64,000 nucleotides of DNA from a virus (IMGVR_UViG_3300010234_000004:38603-102602); one strand, 5' to 3'. Positions 20,969-30,963 are shown, counted from the first letter of the stretch. Notes: generated by a model from the sequence alone, not told the origin. Made by a program: numbers and translations.

Positions 20969-21833
20969 ACCATTTCCTAACGAATTCGAATTCCTTGGTT
21001 ATAGCGTGCACCAAGTGTGTGTTTGGTGGAATGGTCTTATGCCGATCCATGACATAATGCCAACGCCCATCCAATTGCTGCTCGATCACTTCATTCACCA
21101 CCGACTTGTAACCCCACAGGGTTTCGTTATCCCATCCGAATGAGTCAATCTGCCATTGCATAAACATATCATCTGGATTAGTGACCAGTTCGGACATGAA
21201 AGCCATATCTTCATCGAACGTGTCGAAATACGCTAGTGTATCGAGATGCTCCTTTGTTGCCCCTATGATCCCTGTATTGTAGACGGGTTGATCGGGTTCG
21301 AAGTGAGTGTCGGTCAGCATTGCATAAGTGTTCCAGTATTTGGCCTCTGGACTTCTGTTACTAGTTATACGGACTGCTCGCTTTTTCATGTGATAGGTTG
21401 ATCGTACAATGTCGCTTGCAGGCAGCTTCTGGATAGCAATGCCTTCATTCAGATTCCACGCCTCAAAGAAGTTTTCGGATGTGACCGGAATCACGTCCAA
21501 ATCCATGTATAAGACTTCATCAAACTCATGGGCCAATTCGTACAGCAAATGGATTTTATAGAAATTGATGATCAGATACGTTGTCAGGAACGGGTAACGC
21601 GTTTTCATATCATTATAATATGCGCCCCACACAACACCCCCCTGATATAATCGGTATTCGGCCTCGCACTCGCGTGCATACTCGCGTTGCATATCAGCCA
21701 GCCAATCCACCGAAGCCTTGAAGTTATCCTTGGCCTTGAAGTTTTTGTTAATACTTTCCCCTTGGAATGGCAGTTGATCATCCAACTGGGACTTGGGTAT
21801 GTCGATGTATATGGAGTAGATAACGCGTGTCAT
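20937..21833 (-). CDS. GT-A fold glycosyltransferase (GT8/GT34-like)
   Basis: VLYMDLDVIP; YNTGII; WDNET; HAITKEF; start placed at ATG 21833 after AAGGA. Confidence 0.75.
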   Translation of the reverse strand: MTRVIYSIYIDIPKSQLDDQLPFQGESINKNFKAKDNFKASVDWLADMQREYARECEAEYRLYQGGVVWGAYYNDMKTRYPFLTTYLIINFYKIHLLYELAHEFDEVLYMDLDVIPVTSENFFEAWNLNEGIAIQKLPASDIVRSTYHMKKRAVRITSNRSPEAKYWNTYAMLTDTHFEPDQPVYNTGIIGATKEHLDTLAYFDTFDEDMAFMSELVTNPDDMFMQWQIDSFGWDNETLWGYKSVVNEVIEQQLDGRWHYVMDRHKTIPPNTHLVHAITKEFEFVRKWYEKNRLQHME

Positions 21834-21859
21834 GAAGAATCCTTTCATGACTACTTAGC

Positions 21860-21883
21860 TTGACGCCTTCGAATGTATAAATA
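21860..21883 (+). promoter_or_regulatory. Late promoter TATAAATA with upstream TTGACG box
   Basis: TTGACG-N10-TATAAATAGTAGTA, intergenic. Confidence 0.75.
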
Positions 21884-21912
21884 GTAGTAAGGGTTCAAAT
21901 AAGGAGATTTCA

Positions 21913-22275
21913 GTGGCTGTATATGAAGATTTGAGCATTGATCAGGGATCGGATGTGGCCATTGAGTTGCACTTGACGTTGGACAATGGGTCGAAGAAAG
22001 ATTTAACCGGATTTAGCGCTGCCGCGAAGATGAAGAAGTCATACACGTCATCTGATTCTGACGCGGTGTCATTTAATGTGACATTCCCTAATCCAAGAAC
22101 CGACGGAGTATTGGTTCTTAGCCTTACAAACACAGAATCAGATGCTTTAAAACGCGGCAAGTATCTATATGACGTTGAAATTTCATATGTCGACTCCGAT
22201 GCAAACACGATTGTAGAACGGGTTCTTGAGGGTCGCGCAACAGTTAATCAGAGCATTACGAGGCTTCAGTCATGA
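21913..22275 (+). CDS. Ig-like fibre attachment/adaptor protein
   Basis: DLSIDQGSD..DLTGFSAAAKMKKSY..YLYDVEI..RVLEG, a common phage fibre-locus protein. Confidence 0.65.
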   Translation: MAVYEDLSIDQGSDVAIELHLTLDNGSKKDLTGFSAAAKMKKSYTSSDSDAVSFNVTFPNPRTDGVLVLSLTNTESDALKRGKYLYDVEISYVDSDANTIVERVLEGRATVNQSITRLQS

Positions 22276-22544
22276 CAAATGTGATTAATGTACGTACAAG
22301 AGCATCATCTAACGTCATGGTTGGACGTGATCCGTCCGCAACAGTGGTTAAAGAAATTCGCGTTGGGGTTCCTATCCGCCGCGTTAATACAACTTCGGGA
22401 AATAATTTGGAGGGTGCGGCCAACGTTAGACCTGTAGACCCCGTTCCAGATGGCGCTTTGTTAATTTTTGATGCGGCTGAGCAGGAATGGGTAGTAACTA
22501 AAAACGTAGAAACTGGTCAAGATATTAACGGAGGTAGTTACTAA
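22272..22544 (+). CDS. Small fibre-associated protein
   Basis: DGALLIFD..W; C-terminal INGGSY. Confidence 0.55.
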   Translation: MTNVINVRTRASSNVMVGRDPSATVVKEIRVGVPIRRVNTTSGNNLEGAANVRPVDPVPDGALLIFDAAEQEWVVTKNVETGQDINGGSY

Positions 22545-24094
22545 TGGCTGCAATTATTCGAATTAAAAGGTCGACTGGCACCTCTTCACCTGGGTCACTT
22601 AAATCGGGTGAATTGGCATATTCGGGCGGTGTTGGTGTCGATTCAAACGGCGGGTCTAGACTGTTTTATGGTCTTGGCGACGATGGTAATGGTAATGCCA
22701 CCAGTATTGTTCGTGTCGGCGGGGAATATTATGCCGACAAAATGGATCACATCCCAGGTACACTAACCGCTTCAGCAGCAATAATTGCTGACGTTAATAA
22801 GAAAATTGACCAATTACTCGTTGATAACATAGACATCAACGGGAATACAATCGCTACAACAAACACTAACGGCAATCTGGTTCTAGACCCCAATGGTTCT
22901 GGCTCAGTCGATGTCAACACTTCGTTGATCGTCAATGTCTCTGACCCAGCGTCTGCCCAAGACGCGGCCACTAAGAATTATGTCGACACGCAAGTCACCG
23001 CAAACAACAATCTTTCGATCACAGGTGATACTGGTTCTGATGTTGTCGATATTCTCGATTCTTCGTTAGATTTCGATGGTGGGACTGGCCTGACGGCGAC
23101 AGTCACAGATAATCGAGTTTCATATGCTCTGGATAATACGACAGTCTCGGCCAATACATACGGCTCAACGACAGCCATTCCGGTCATTACAGTCGATGCA
23201 CAGGGTCGCCTAACGACAGTCACAACAGCGTCTATCACGACGATTCTTTCTACGTCAGCAGAAAGTGGAACTGGTTCGATCTCACTCGCAGATTCCTCGT
23301 TGGATATTGCTGCTGGTGAGGGTATCGACACAGTCGCATCCGGAAACGTAATTACGATTTCTGGTGAAGATGCTACTACCGCAAACAAGGGTATCGCATC
23401 ATTTGCTACAGCGAACTTCACAGTCGCATCCGGTGCGGTCTCGGCCAAGACAATCACTCTTGGTTCTTCGACTCTATCTTTGGGTGGCACAGAAACTGAC
23501 GTCGCTGGATTGACATCGCTGGTTGTTGATCAGTTGACTCTCAACGGAAACGTTTTAAGTTCGACCGATGGAACAATCGCTCTTGATCCGAATAGTGCAG
23601 ACTCTGATGTCGGCACAGTCATTGTACGAGGTAATCTCCAAGTCGAAGGTGAACAGACGATTGTCAACAGTTCGACCGTGTCAGTAAATGACTTGAACAT
23701 CACTGTTGCTGATAGTGCGGCGAATGCCGCAGCGGCTGACGGAGCTGGCTTGACAGTCGGTGGATCGAGTTATTCTGGTACACAAGCTACATTACTATTC
23801 GACGGTGCTAGTGACAAATGGGGATTCAACAAAACACTGAATCTACCCGCTGGCCTTACTTCGCTAGAATTCGGCGGTGTTGATGCGACCGAAGTGATTG
23901 AAGATCACCTCGCGACTTTCTTCTTAGAGGGCGAAGGACTAAACATCACGTATGACGACGGAGCGCACACGATGACATTTGCTGCCGAAACGGCGACATA
24001 CACCAATTTGGGTGTTGCGAGTTTCGACTCTGATCAGTTCACTTTGTCCGCAGGATTCGTGACAGTAACCGAATTAGACGGTGGAGTCTACTAA
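22544..24094 (+). CDS. Tail fibre protein
   Basis: IIRIKRS..GELAYS N-terminus; DAATKNYVD; IPVITVDAQGRLT; C-terminal LDGGVY. Confidence 0.75.
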   Translation: MAAIIRIKRSTGTSSPGSLKSGELAYSGGVGVDSNGGSRLFYGLGDDGNGNATSIVRVGGEYYADKMDHIPGTLTASAAIIADVNKKIDQLLVDNIDINGNTIATTNTNGNLVLDPNGSGSVDVNTSLIVNVSDPASAQDAATKNYVDTQVTANNNLSITGDTGSDVVDILDSSLDFDGGTGLTATVTDNRVSYALDNTTVSANTYGSTTAIPVITVDAQGRLTTVTTASITTILSTSAESGTGSISLADSSLDIAAGEGIDTVASGNVITISGEDATTANKGIASFATANFTVASGAVSAKTITLGSSTLSLGGTETDVAGLTSLVVDQLTLNGNVLSSTDGTIALDPNSADSDVGTVIVRGNLQVEGEQTIVNSSTVSVNDLNITVADSAANAAAADGAGLTVGGSSYSGTQATLLFDGASDKWGFNKTLNLPAGLTSLEFGGVDATEVIEDHLATFFLEGEGLNITYDDGAHTMTFAAETATYTNLGVASFDSDQFTLSAGFVTVTELDGGVY

Positions 24095-24136
24095 ACAATA
24101 TATGGGATTTTTATCCCTTGAATAAGGACCATTTTT

Positions 24137-25441
24137 ATGGCTAAACCTGTAGTACCCCTGATACAAAAGCGTTCGTCTGTCCCAGCTAAGGTTCCCTTGG
24201 TGGGCGACCTTGTATATGGTCAGCTTGCGATTAACTACGCCGACGGCCTGATCTACTATAAAGACGCTTCCAACAACATCAAGAAGTTTCTCGATTCCGA
24301 TAATATCCTGTCATCAGTGGGTGGGGTGTATCCCAATGCTACGAGAGCGGGGGGGCGTGATTATCTCGATATTGACTCTGCGACTCAGGCGATCACTCTG
24401 AATGCAATCGACTTAGGAACCGATATAACTGGTAACCTTCCGGTCGCTAACTTGAATGGTGGTGCGAGTGCGTCTGCCAGCACATATTGGAGAGGCGATG
24501 GAACATGGGCTGCAATCGCGGGTGGGATTGATGATTCAGCAGTAACAACGGCAAAGCTCGATCACTTCGCAGTCACGACTCCAAAAATCGCACAAGGTGC
24601 GGTGACTACATTAAAACTTGCGGACAATTCTGTGACTCTTGGTAAGATCGCAGACTCAGCAGTATCAACGGTAAAGCTTGATCACTTCGCAGTCACGACT
24701 CCAAAAATCGCACAAGGTGCAGTGACTACATTAAAACTTACAGACAATTCTGTGACTCTCGCCAAGATCGCAGACTCAGATTTTAGTGAATCTCTAGTCA
24801 CGGACGGTTCTAATCCATACACGCTCGTAAAACGTAATGCTAATGGATATATCGGTTCGCGGTACGTTTACTCATTCTATAACAGTATGAACCACTCTGC
24901 CGCTCAACGCGATGCCGACACAGTGTTCTATTCATCTACAGACAACTTCGTCAGGAAAAATACTGAAACGGGTTTCATCAATAGTCTGAATGTCGGAGGT
25001 TCTCTCGATAGCGCAATTTCAAACAATGCTGCGGTTGTATCAAACACCGCTAAGGTTACAAATGCAACACATACGGGTGACGTGACGGGCGATTCTGCTC
25101 TTACTATTGCGGCAAATGCGGTCACGGCCACAAAACTCAATGTGGATTCTGACGGTACTGTTGGACACTATGTGAAATCTAACGGCGATGGATCGTTCAG
25201 TTGGGGTTCACCCGGAGGTGGTGGAGCATCTGTCACAGTAGATTCGAGTGCACCGACATTCGGCATTGGTTCTCTTTGGTGGCACACGGTTCTTGGTGCG
25301 CTGTTCGTCGGATTTCAAGATTCGGACGGGACGCAAGCTTTCGTTGAAGCATCGCCAGCACCGGCTCAGGAATTGGCGGTTAGAATGAACATATATAATT
25401 CGGCTGGTACGCTCGTTAAAACACTCGCAGGAGGCGCATGA
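24137..25441 (+). CDS. Tail fibre protein with 10-aa AVTTxKxA repeats
   Basis: [21 protein letters not shown]; repeated VTTAKL/VTTPKI units. Confidence 0.7.
   Translation: MAKPVVPLIQKRSSVPAKVPLVGDLVYGQLAINYADGLIYYKDASNNIKKFLDSDNILSSVGGVYPNATRAGGRDYLDIDSATQAITLNAIDLGTDITGNLPVANLNGGASASASTYWRGDGTWAAIAGGIDDSAVTTAKLDHFAVTTPKIAQGAVTTLKLADNSVTLGKIADSAVSTVKLDHFAVTTPKIAQGAVTTLKLTDNSVTLAKIADSDFSESLVTDGSNPYTLVKRNANGYIGSRYVYSFYNSMNHSAAQRDADTVFYSSTDNFVRKNTETGFINSLNVGGSLDSAISNNAAVVSNTAKVTNATHTGDVTGDSALTIAANAVTATKLNVDSDGTVGHYVKSNGDGSFSWGSPGGGGASVTVDSSAPTFGIGSLWWHTVLGALFVGFQDSDGTQAFVEASPAPAQELAVRMNIYNSAGTLVKTLAGGA
24532..24779 (+). repeat. 120-nt tandem duplication within fibre gene
   Basis: Two near-identical 40-aa units DSAV(T/S)T(A/V)[22 protein letters not shown]. 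Confidence 0.85.
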
Positions 25442-25758
25442 TCATGGTCGCAATTAACTTCCCAGATAACCCAACACAGGGTGATATAAAGACGATAAAT
25501 AATCTGACATACGCATATGACTCAGAGTATACTCTATGGCGTGTGTCATCATATCCCAATGCCCCTCAAGGCGACGCGGGAACAATTACGATTGGAACAG
25601 TAACCACTCTCGATTCTGATCAGACAGCGACTGTAGTCAATGTTGGTGATAGTGCCGACGCAATTCTAAACTTTGGAATTCCACAAGGAGTCAAGGGTGA
25701 TGATGGTGGTGGAGTCACAACAGGTAAAGCAATCGCCATGGCGATTGTATTTGGATAA
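25438..25758 (+). CDS. Small fibre-associated protein
   Basis: [11 protein letters not shown]; LNFGIPQG; [13 protein letters not shown]. Confidence 0.6.
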   Translation: MIMVAINFPDNPTQGDIKTINNLTYAYDSEYTLWRVSSYPNAPQGDAGTITIGTVTTLDSDQTATVVNVGDSADAILNFGIPQGVKGDDGGGVTTGKAIAMAIVFG

Positions 25759-25771
25759 AGGATAAAATAAA

Positions 25772-26137
25772 ATGGCAGCACCAAATATTGTCGGCGTAAC
25801 AACGATTCTGGGTAGCACGGATGCTTTAGCAGTACCAGATAGTGCGACAAATATCGTATTGAATGCGTCCGCATCTGGTAAAGTGATCAAGATTAATAGT
25901 CTTGTAATTTCTAACGTCGATTCGGCGGGAGGATCATCACAATCGATCACGGTCGATTATATCAAAGCTGGGACGGCATATTCAATCGCGAATTTGATAC
26001 CCATTCCAGTCACGGCGTCATTTGTCGCTGTATCGAAAGAGACTGGTCTATATCTCGAAGAAGCGGAATCACTTAGGTTAGTCGCGGGCGCGAATGGTGT
26101 TATCGAAGCCGTATGCAGCTATGAGGAAATCAGTTAG
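25772..26137 (+). CDS. Fibre-associated beta-sandwich protein
   Basis: MAAPNIV..KVIKINSL..LYLEE..CSYEEIS. Confidence 0.6.
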   Translation: MAAPNIVGVTTILGSTDALAVPDSATNIVLNASASGKVIKINSLVISNVDSAGGSSQSITVDYIKAGTAYSIANLIPIPVTASFVAVSKETGLYLEEAESLRLVAGANGVIEAVCSYEEIS

Positions 26138-26982
26138 TGAAAGATCTATATTATAACGGGGGTTTTATTGGTGTTGAACAAGATTCTGACAATTTGGTCG
26201 GAATCTTCAATCACGAGTCATTTCTATTAAAGCCACTCAAATTTCCGGCACCGTATAAGTATATACCTCCTTTGGATGCCTTCTCAACGGGTCTGGTGAA
26301 CGCATGGTCTATGGAACGTCAGCTCCTCTCATCGTATAGTGGCAGCTATTACAATGATTCTGCGAGTGATGTAGTTCTTTGGGAAAACCAAGTATCTGGA
26401 GCCGAAGACCTAACACAATTTGCTACAGACCCCCTGCCATCACTAGGTAGTAGTCCTGCGTCACTTGTTCTCGACAACACTGGAGATTATCTTGGCCAAG
26501 CCACGGGCGGTTGGGATTCTGATTTTTCTAGCACTTGTTATATCGTTATGAGTGTTAGGGCCAATAGCACAGCCACGAGCGGCGCGGTCATTGGTGAAGA
26601 GGAGGAATATTGCTTCTTGAGATATAGTAACACTAACGAAAATTTAGTGTGGACTTCTTGGGACGGTGCGGCGGAGGATACTGTCACCTCCCCTGCTAAC
26701 TCAATAGTCGATGACACATGGCATACGGTTGAAATTGATAGTCGCTCAGGAATCTTCGTTGGGATTCGAATAAGAATCGATGAAGGGACTACGACAAACA
26801 ACATCACGGCTGCGTGGCCACCATCCGGTTGGTCAACCGTCGCTGACGGTGTCATGCTTGGGACAACTAATTACAGAAATAGTGCAACAAACTTTGAGAT
26901 ACGTGAAATTGGTATGTGGAATGTTTATCCTAGTGCCGATGATCGAACAGCTATCAGAGCAGTATTTGCGGGGATTCTATAA
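26137..26982 (+). CDS. Putative receptor-binding protein, LamG/ConA-like domain
   Basis: NGGFIG adaptor; DDTWHTV..IDEG..IREIGMWN pattern. Confidence 0.55.
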   Translation: MKDLYYNGGFIGVEQDSDNLVGIFNHESFLLKPLKFPAPYKYIPPLDAFSTGLVNAWSMERQLLSSYSGSYYNDSASDVVLWENQVSGAEDLTQFATDPLPSLGSSPASLVLDNTGDYLGQATGGWDSDFSSTCYIVMSVRANSTATSGAVIGEEEEYCFLRYSNTNENLVWTSWDGAAEDTVTSPANSIVDDTWHTVEIDSRSGIFVGIRIRIDEGTTTNNITAAWPPSGWSTVADGVMLGTTNYRNSATNFEIREIGMWNVYPSADDRTAIRAVFAGIL

Positions 26983-27644
26983 TGGGCAAAGGTGGATTTT
27001 TAGGATACAAACCAAATTTCGTCGTCAACGACAATCCTGGCATATGGACTATTAAAGAACAATTAGAAGCTACACGTAAGGGACTATGGACTAGCGGCTT
27101 TGTTGCTCAACCGGCGGGACTATCATCTTCTTTCTTGACGGAAACTGGTGCGAATGCATCATGGAATTTACAGACTGTCGATTTGAGTGCTTATGCTGGG
27201 AATGACATTAAGTTGGTCTGGAAAGTAGTGATCGGAACTGCTGGGAATGTATACGAAAACGACTTACAGCTTGACACCATTGCTTTCGACGGCAATACAT
27301 ATAACTTCGATACGGATGATGACGGATTTGAGACGACTGTAGCTGGTGTTAGTAAAGCATATGAAGGCGCGACGTGGGTGGCTATCCAAGCGGACAATAC
27401 TGATGAATATTGGTGCAGGGATACCGGAGGAACAGTTTCATCCGGAACTGGGACTCTTACTGGTCAATCTGGAACTCATTATCTCTACACAGAAACGTCC
27501 TCTCCGGTCATTAATGGTGATGTATTTTGGTTAAGAAGTCCCACGATATCGGCTTCCCTTGGTGCAGGAAATTGTACATTCTATGAGGGTCGAGACGTCA
27601 CGGGTGCCACGACGACGTTGGATTTTTACGTGGATGTTCAATAG
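26982..27644 (+). CDS. Putative receptor-binding protein, MAM-like domain
   Basis: GGFLG..GIWTIKEQ adaptor; W..QTVDLSAY; DLQLDTI; YLYTETS..WLRSP. Confidence 0.55.
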   Translation: MGKGGFLGYKPNFVVNDNPGIWTIKEQLEATRKGLWTSGFVAQPAGLSSSFLTETGANASWNLQTVDLSAYAGNDIKLVWKVVIGTAGNVYENDLQLDTIAFDGNTYNFDTDDDGFETTVAGVSKAYEGATWVAIQADNTDEYWCRDTGGTVSSGTGTLTGQSGTHYLYTETSSPVINGDVFWLRSPTISASLGAGNCTFYEGRDVTGATTTLDFYVDVQ

Positions 27645-27645
27645 G

Positions 27646-27653
27646 TATAAATA
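27646..27653 (+). promoter_or_regulatory. T4-type late promoter TATAAATA
   Basis: Exact consensus upstream of gp13. Confidence 0.8.
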
Positions 27654-27677
27654 GAAAGAATAACAGAGGAAATTCGC

Positions 27678-28445
27678 ATGGCCGCAGTAACATCAAGAGA
27701 CGAATTAATAGATCACTGTTTTCGGCGGTTGGGTGCACCCGTGCTTGAAATTAACGTTGACGAAGAACAGGTTGAAGACCGCATAGACGATGCTTTGCAA
27801 ATGTACAACACATTTCATGCAGACTCGACCGTGAAGGTATATCTTCAGCACGCGTTGACTCAGGATGATATCGATAACGAATGGATACCCATTTCAGCTA
27901 ATGTGATGTGGGTTAACCGTCTATTTCCTATCGCGTCCAGTGCGTATGGCGGAATGTTTTCAGCCAAATACCAGATGCATCTGAATGACGTTTTCTCGTT
28001 GAGTGGGTTTTCCGGTGGTGGAGGTGGTACTGGTTGGCTGTCTGAATATAGCCAGACCATGCAATTCATGGCTACGCTGAGTATGACCATGAATAGCGAG
28101 CCACAAGTGAATTTTGTCCGTAAGCAAAATCGTCTGTATCTGCACGGGATCATGAGTCACGAAACTCTAGAGGTTGGTGATTATGTTATTGCTCAGACTG
28201 AGGTGCTGGTCGATTCAACACAATTCCCTGAAGTATGGGATGATATGTGGCTGAAGAAATATGCTACCGCTCTGATCAAAAAGCAGTGGGGTCAGAACAT
28301 GAGCAAATTTGAGGGTATGCAATTGCCAGGTGGAGTGATCCTAAACGGCCTGCAAATTCTCAATGACGCATTGGAAGAAATTACCACGCTCGAAGAGGAA
28401 TTACGTCTAACGTATGAACTCCCAATCGATTTTTTCGTCGGATAA
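27678..28445 (+). CDS. gp13: Neck protein gp13
   Basis: LGAPVLEINVDEEQVEDRIDDALQ; WLKKYATALIKKQWGQN; LPGGVILNG. Confidence 0.93.
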   Translation: MAAVTSRDELIDHCFRRLGAPVLEINVDEEQVEDRIDDALQMYNTFHADSTVKVYLQHALTQDDIDNEWIPISANVMWVNRLFPIASSAYGGMFSAKYQMHLNDVFSLSGFSGGGGGTGWLSEYSQTMQFMATLSMTMNSEPQVNFVRKQNRLYLHGIMSHETLEVGDYVIAQTEVLVDSTQFPEVWDDMWLKKYATALIKKQWGQNMSKFEGMQLPGGVILNGLQILNDALEEITTLEEELRLTYELPIDFFVG

Positions 28446-28449
28446 TCAA

Positions 28450-29196
28450 ATGATCAGATTCAAGACATTTATGAATGAAAGTGTTAATGTTAAGGGTGAA
28501 GAGCGCCATATTGTAAAAGTGGCTCTTAAATACAGGGACATCGAAGTTCACTTCATAAAAAATTTAAGTGGTAACCCTAACCTTCCTGGGTTCGATTATT
28601 CGACCATAGCATATGAGGTGGATCATGAGGGCAGAAGATCAGATGTGAACCATCATGGTTCATACAATAAGCTATATGACGATGAGAAGAAGTGGAGGAG
28701 TGCCCGCGATAGACTCAAGAAGAAACACGCCAAGCTGAACGAGAACTACACACCGCCAAAACTAAAGGTCGGGGATGAGGTCAAGGTCGGTAAATGGAAA
28801 AACCGTAAGGCCGTTATCAAGGGATTCACGAAGGATAAGCATAATCAGCCTGTTTTGAAAACCAATAAAGGGGATCAAAAGTTATTCAAACCACGGATTT
28901 CAAAATTGGAAGAGGGTTATAAGATCAAGTTGGAGAGAAATTCCAACATGTACGTATTGAATATCACCGACACTAAAAATGGCAATAGGACTGAAGTACG
29001 TGGTAAAAGCGGTTACGAAGGGGGTGGATATGATTCAAAGGATAAGCTTCATCAGTTGCTAGATAAGATCGGACGGTCGGCTAATGTATCAGAGTTGATT
29101 AATGGCTCTGTCGTTACGATAAACCCCAAACATCCAAATGCCGCCTCCGCGAAAACCGCTTTGGTGAAGGCGTTTAATGAATCGGAGGAAAAATGA
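28450..29196 (+). CDS. Putative internal head (poly)protein with capsid-targeting leader
   Basis: Starts MIRFKTFMNE; Lys-rich; internal LNE and LEE sites; KOW-like LKVGDEVKVG. Confidence 0.55.
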   Translation: MIRFKTFMNESVNVKGEERHIVKVALKYRDIEVHFIKNLSGNPNLPGFDYSTIAYEVDHEGRRSDVNHHGSYNKLYDDEKKWRSARDRLKKKHAKLNENYTPPKLKVGDEVKVGKWKNRKAVIKGFTKDKHNQPVLKTNKGDQKLFKPRISKLEEGYKIKLERNSNMYVLNITDTKNGNRTEVRGKSGYEGGGYDSKDKLHQLLDKIGRSANVSELINGSVVTINPKHPNAASAKTALVKAFNESEEK

Positions 29197-29741
29197 TCAG
29201 ATTCAAGGCATTCATCTCAGAAGACATTTCCACAAAGGCTCTGGATTACGCGACAAAGGCCCATAAGGGGCAGTTTCGTTCAGATGGCACAGAGTACATA
29301 AAACATCCAGAACGCGTTGCAGCATACGTTAAAGGCTTCAAAAAGAGCCATAATCTTGATGCTCTCCTAGCGGCGGCGTTTCTACACGATACGGTCGAAG
29401 ATACGGACACCACTCACGAAGATTTGGAGAAGATGTTTGGGGGTCTGGTCGCTGGATTAGTAAAGGAATTGACCAGCGATAAGGACGAAATCGAGAAGAT
29501 CGGGAAAAAGGAATATCTCAGCCGTAAGATGGAAACGATGAGTAGTTACGCATTAGTAGTAAAACTTGCGGATCGTCTGGACAATGTTCAGGATATCGCT
29601 ACCGCAAAGACTCCTGAGTGGCGCACTAAATATAAGAAAGAAACTTTGGGGATTTTGGCACGCCTTGAGAAGAACCGTAAGCTTTCCGGTAGTCATAAAA
29701 AAATCATCAAGGCCATCAAGGTCAAATTGGGAGAAGTATAA
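29193..29741 (+). CDS. HD-domain (p)ppGpp hydrolase family (Mesh1/SAH-like) with capsid-targeting leader
   Basis: AHKGQFR..YIKHP; AAFLHDTVEDT; VKELT; VKLADRLDN; leader MIRFKAFISE. Confidence 0.85.
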   Translation: MIRFKAFISEDISTKALDYATKAHKGQFRSDGTEYIKHPERVAAYVKGFKKSHNLDALLAAAFLHDTVEDTDTTHEDLEKMFGGLVAGLVKELTSDKDEIEKIGKKEYLSRKMETMSSYALVVKLADRLDNVQDIATAKTPEWRTKYKKETLGILARLEKNRKLSGSHKKIIKAIKVKLGEV

Positions 29742-30055
29742 TGAGATTCAAGACATTTATCAACGAAGCACCAAAATATCCGTTGTACCACAAAAATTTC
29801 ACGAATGCTGTGGATGCTGCGGTTGCTTATGCTGAAAAGGGGGGGTATACGGTCGATCCTGAAGACCTGTCCGATGCTCTCTCACAGGCCAAGGATTCCG
29901 GTGGTGGGGTTCTGACTCGTGCACGTCCAGCAAAAAACAAGACCACAGTGGTGGCGGTTCCCGTCTCGAAAAAGGGGAAGAAGTCCAAATCATACCTCCA
30001 AATACAGATCGCCAATCTGGACGACAAGCGGTACGAACTGAACACGTATGTGTAG
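29741..30055 (+). CDS. Putative internal head protein with capsid-targeting leader
   Basis: Starts MRFKTFINE; C-terminal LQIQI..YELNTY. Confidence 0.55.
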   Translation: MRFKTFINEAPKYPLYHKNFTNAVDAAVAYAEKGGYTVDPEDLSDALSQAKDSGGGVLTRARPAKNKTTVVAVPVSKKGKKSKSYLQIQIANLDDKRYELNTYV

Positions 30056-30067
30056 AAGGTAAGCCAA

Positions 30068-30952
30068 ATGGCGAGGAATCCATATTTCACACAAGGCTCG
30101 TTGAGCGAGCAGAACCTCCATGAGGATATCATGATTGAGGCTCTGAAAATTTATGGCCAAGACGTGTACTATCTACCGCGTGACACGGTAAATGAAAATC
30201 ACGTTCTCGGAGCAGATGTTCCGTCGCGCTTCAATTCCACATACAAGGTCGAAATGTATCTGGAGAACACGGAAGGCTTTGATGGCGAGGGCGACCTGTT
30301 CTCGAAGTTCGGTGTTGAGATTCGGGATCAGGCCACGTTCGTTGTCGCTCGAAAGCGTTGGAAGCATACGGTTGAGTATTACGATAACGAGATTACTACT
30401 ACTCGCCCCCTTGAAGGTGATCTGATCTACATTCCGTTATCCAATTCGATGTTCGAGATTACACAGGTTGAGCATGAACAGCCGTTTTACCAATTGTCTG
30501 ATTTGCCTACCTATAAGCTGCGTTGTGAGAAATTCGAGTACAACGATGAGCAGTTGAATACAGGTGTGGACGTTATTGATAGCATCGAAAAGACCGGTTT
30601 TGAACTGAAACTAACCATGGTCGATAGCGATGGTAAAGGTCAATTCCAGATCGGTGAATTGGTCAATCAGACACTGGGCACCGGAGTAGTAATGAATGGT
30701 GAAGTCACCGATTGGAACGATTCAGACAACATGCTTTCATTGGCACATATCGGGTCTGACGATGATAGTTATCACATGTTCACGGCTGGTGGGGTTATTA
30801 CTGGTGCGGAATCTGGAACCATACGGACGATCAGTTCGGTTAGTGACGAATTGGCACAGGTTGACGCGCAAAATAATGATTTTGAGAGTCAAGGAATTTC
30901 CTTCCTAGATTTCTCTGAAACGAATCCATTCGGTGATCCACCGTCCAGCTAA
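30068..30952 (+). CDS. gp14: Neck protein gp14
   Basis: NPYF..EALKIYGQDVYYLPR; FSKFGVEIRD; RPLEGDLIY; VEHEQPFYQL; DFSETNPFG. Confidence 0.93.
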   Translation: MARNPYFTQGSLSEQNLHEDIMIEALKIYGQDVYYLPRDTVNENHVLGADVPSRFNSTYKVEMYLENTEGFDGEGDLFSKFGVEIRDQATFVVARKRWKHTVEYYDNEITTTRPLEGDLIYIPLSNSMFEITQVEHEQPFYQLSDLPTYKLRCEKFEYNDEQLNTGVDVIDSIEKTGFELKLTMVDSDGKGQFQIGELVNQTLGTGVVMNGEVTDWNDSDNMLSLAHIGSDDDSYHMFTAGGVITGAESGTIRTISSVSDELAQVDAQNNDFESQGISFLDFSETNPFGDPPSS

Positions 30953-30963
30953 GGAGAGATATC

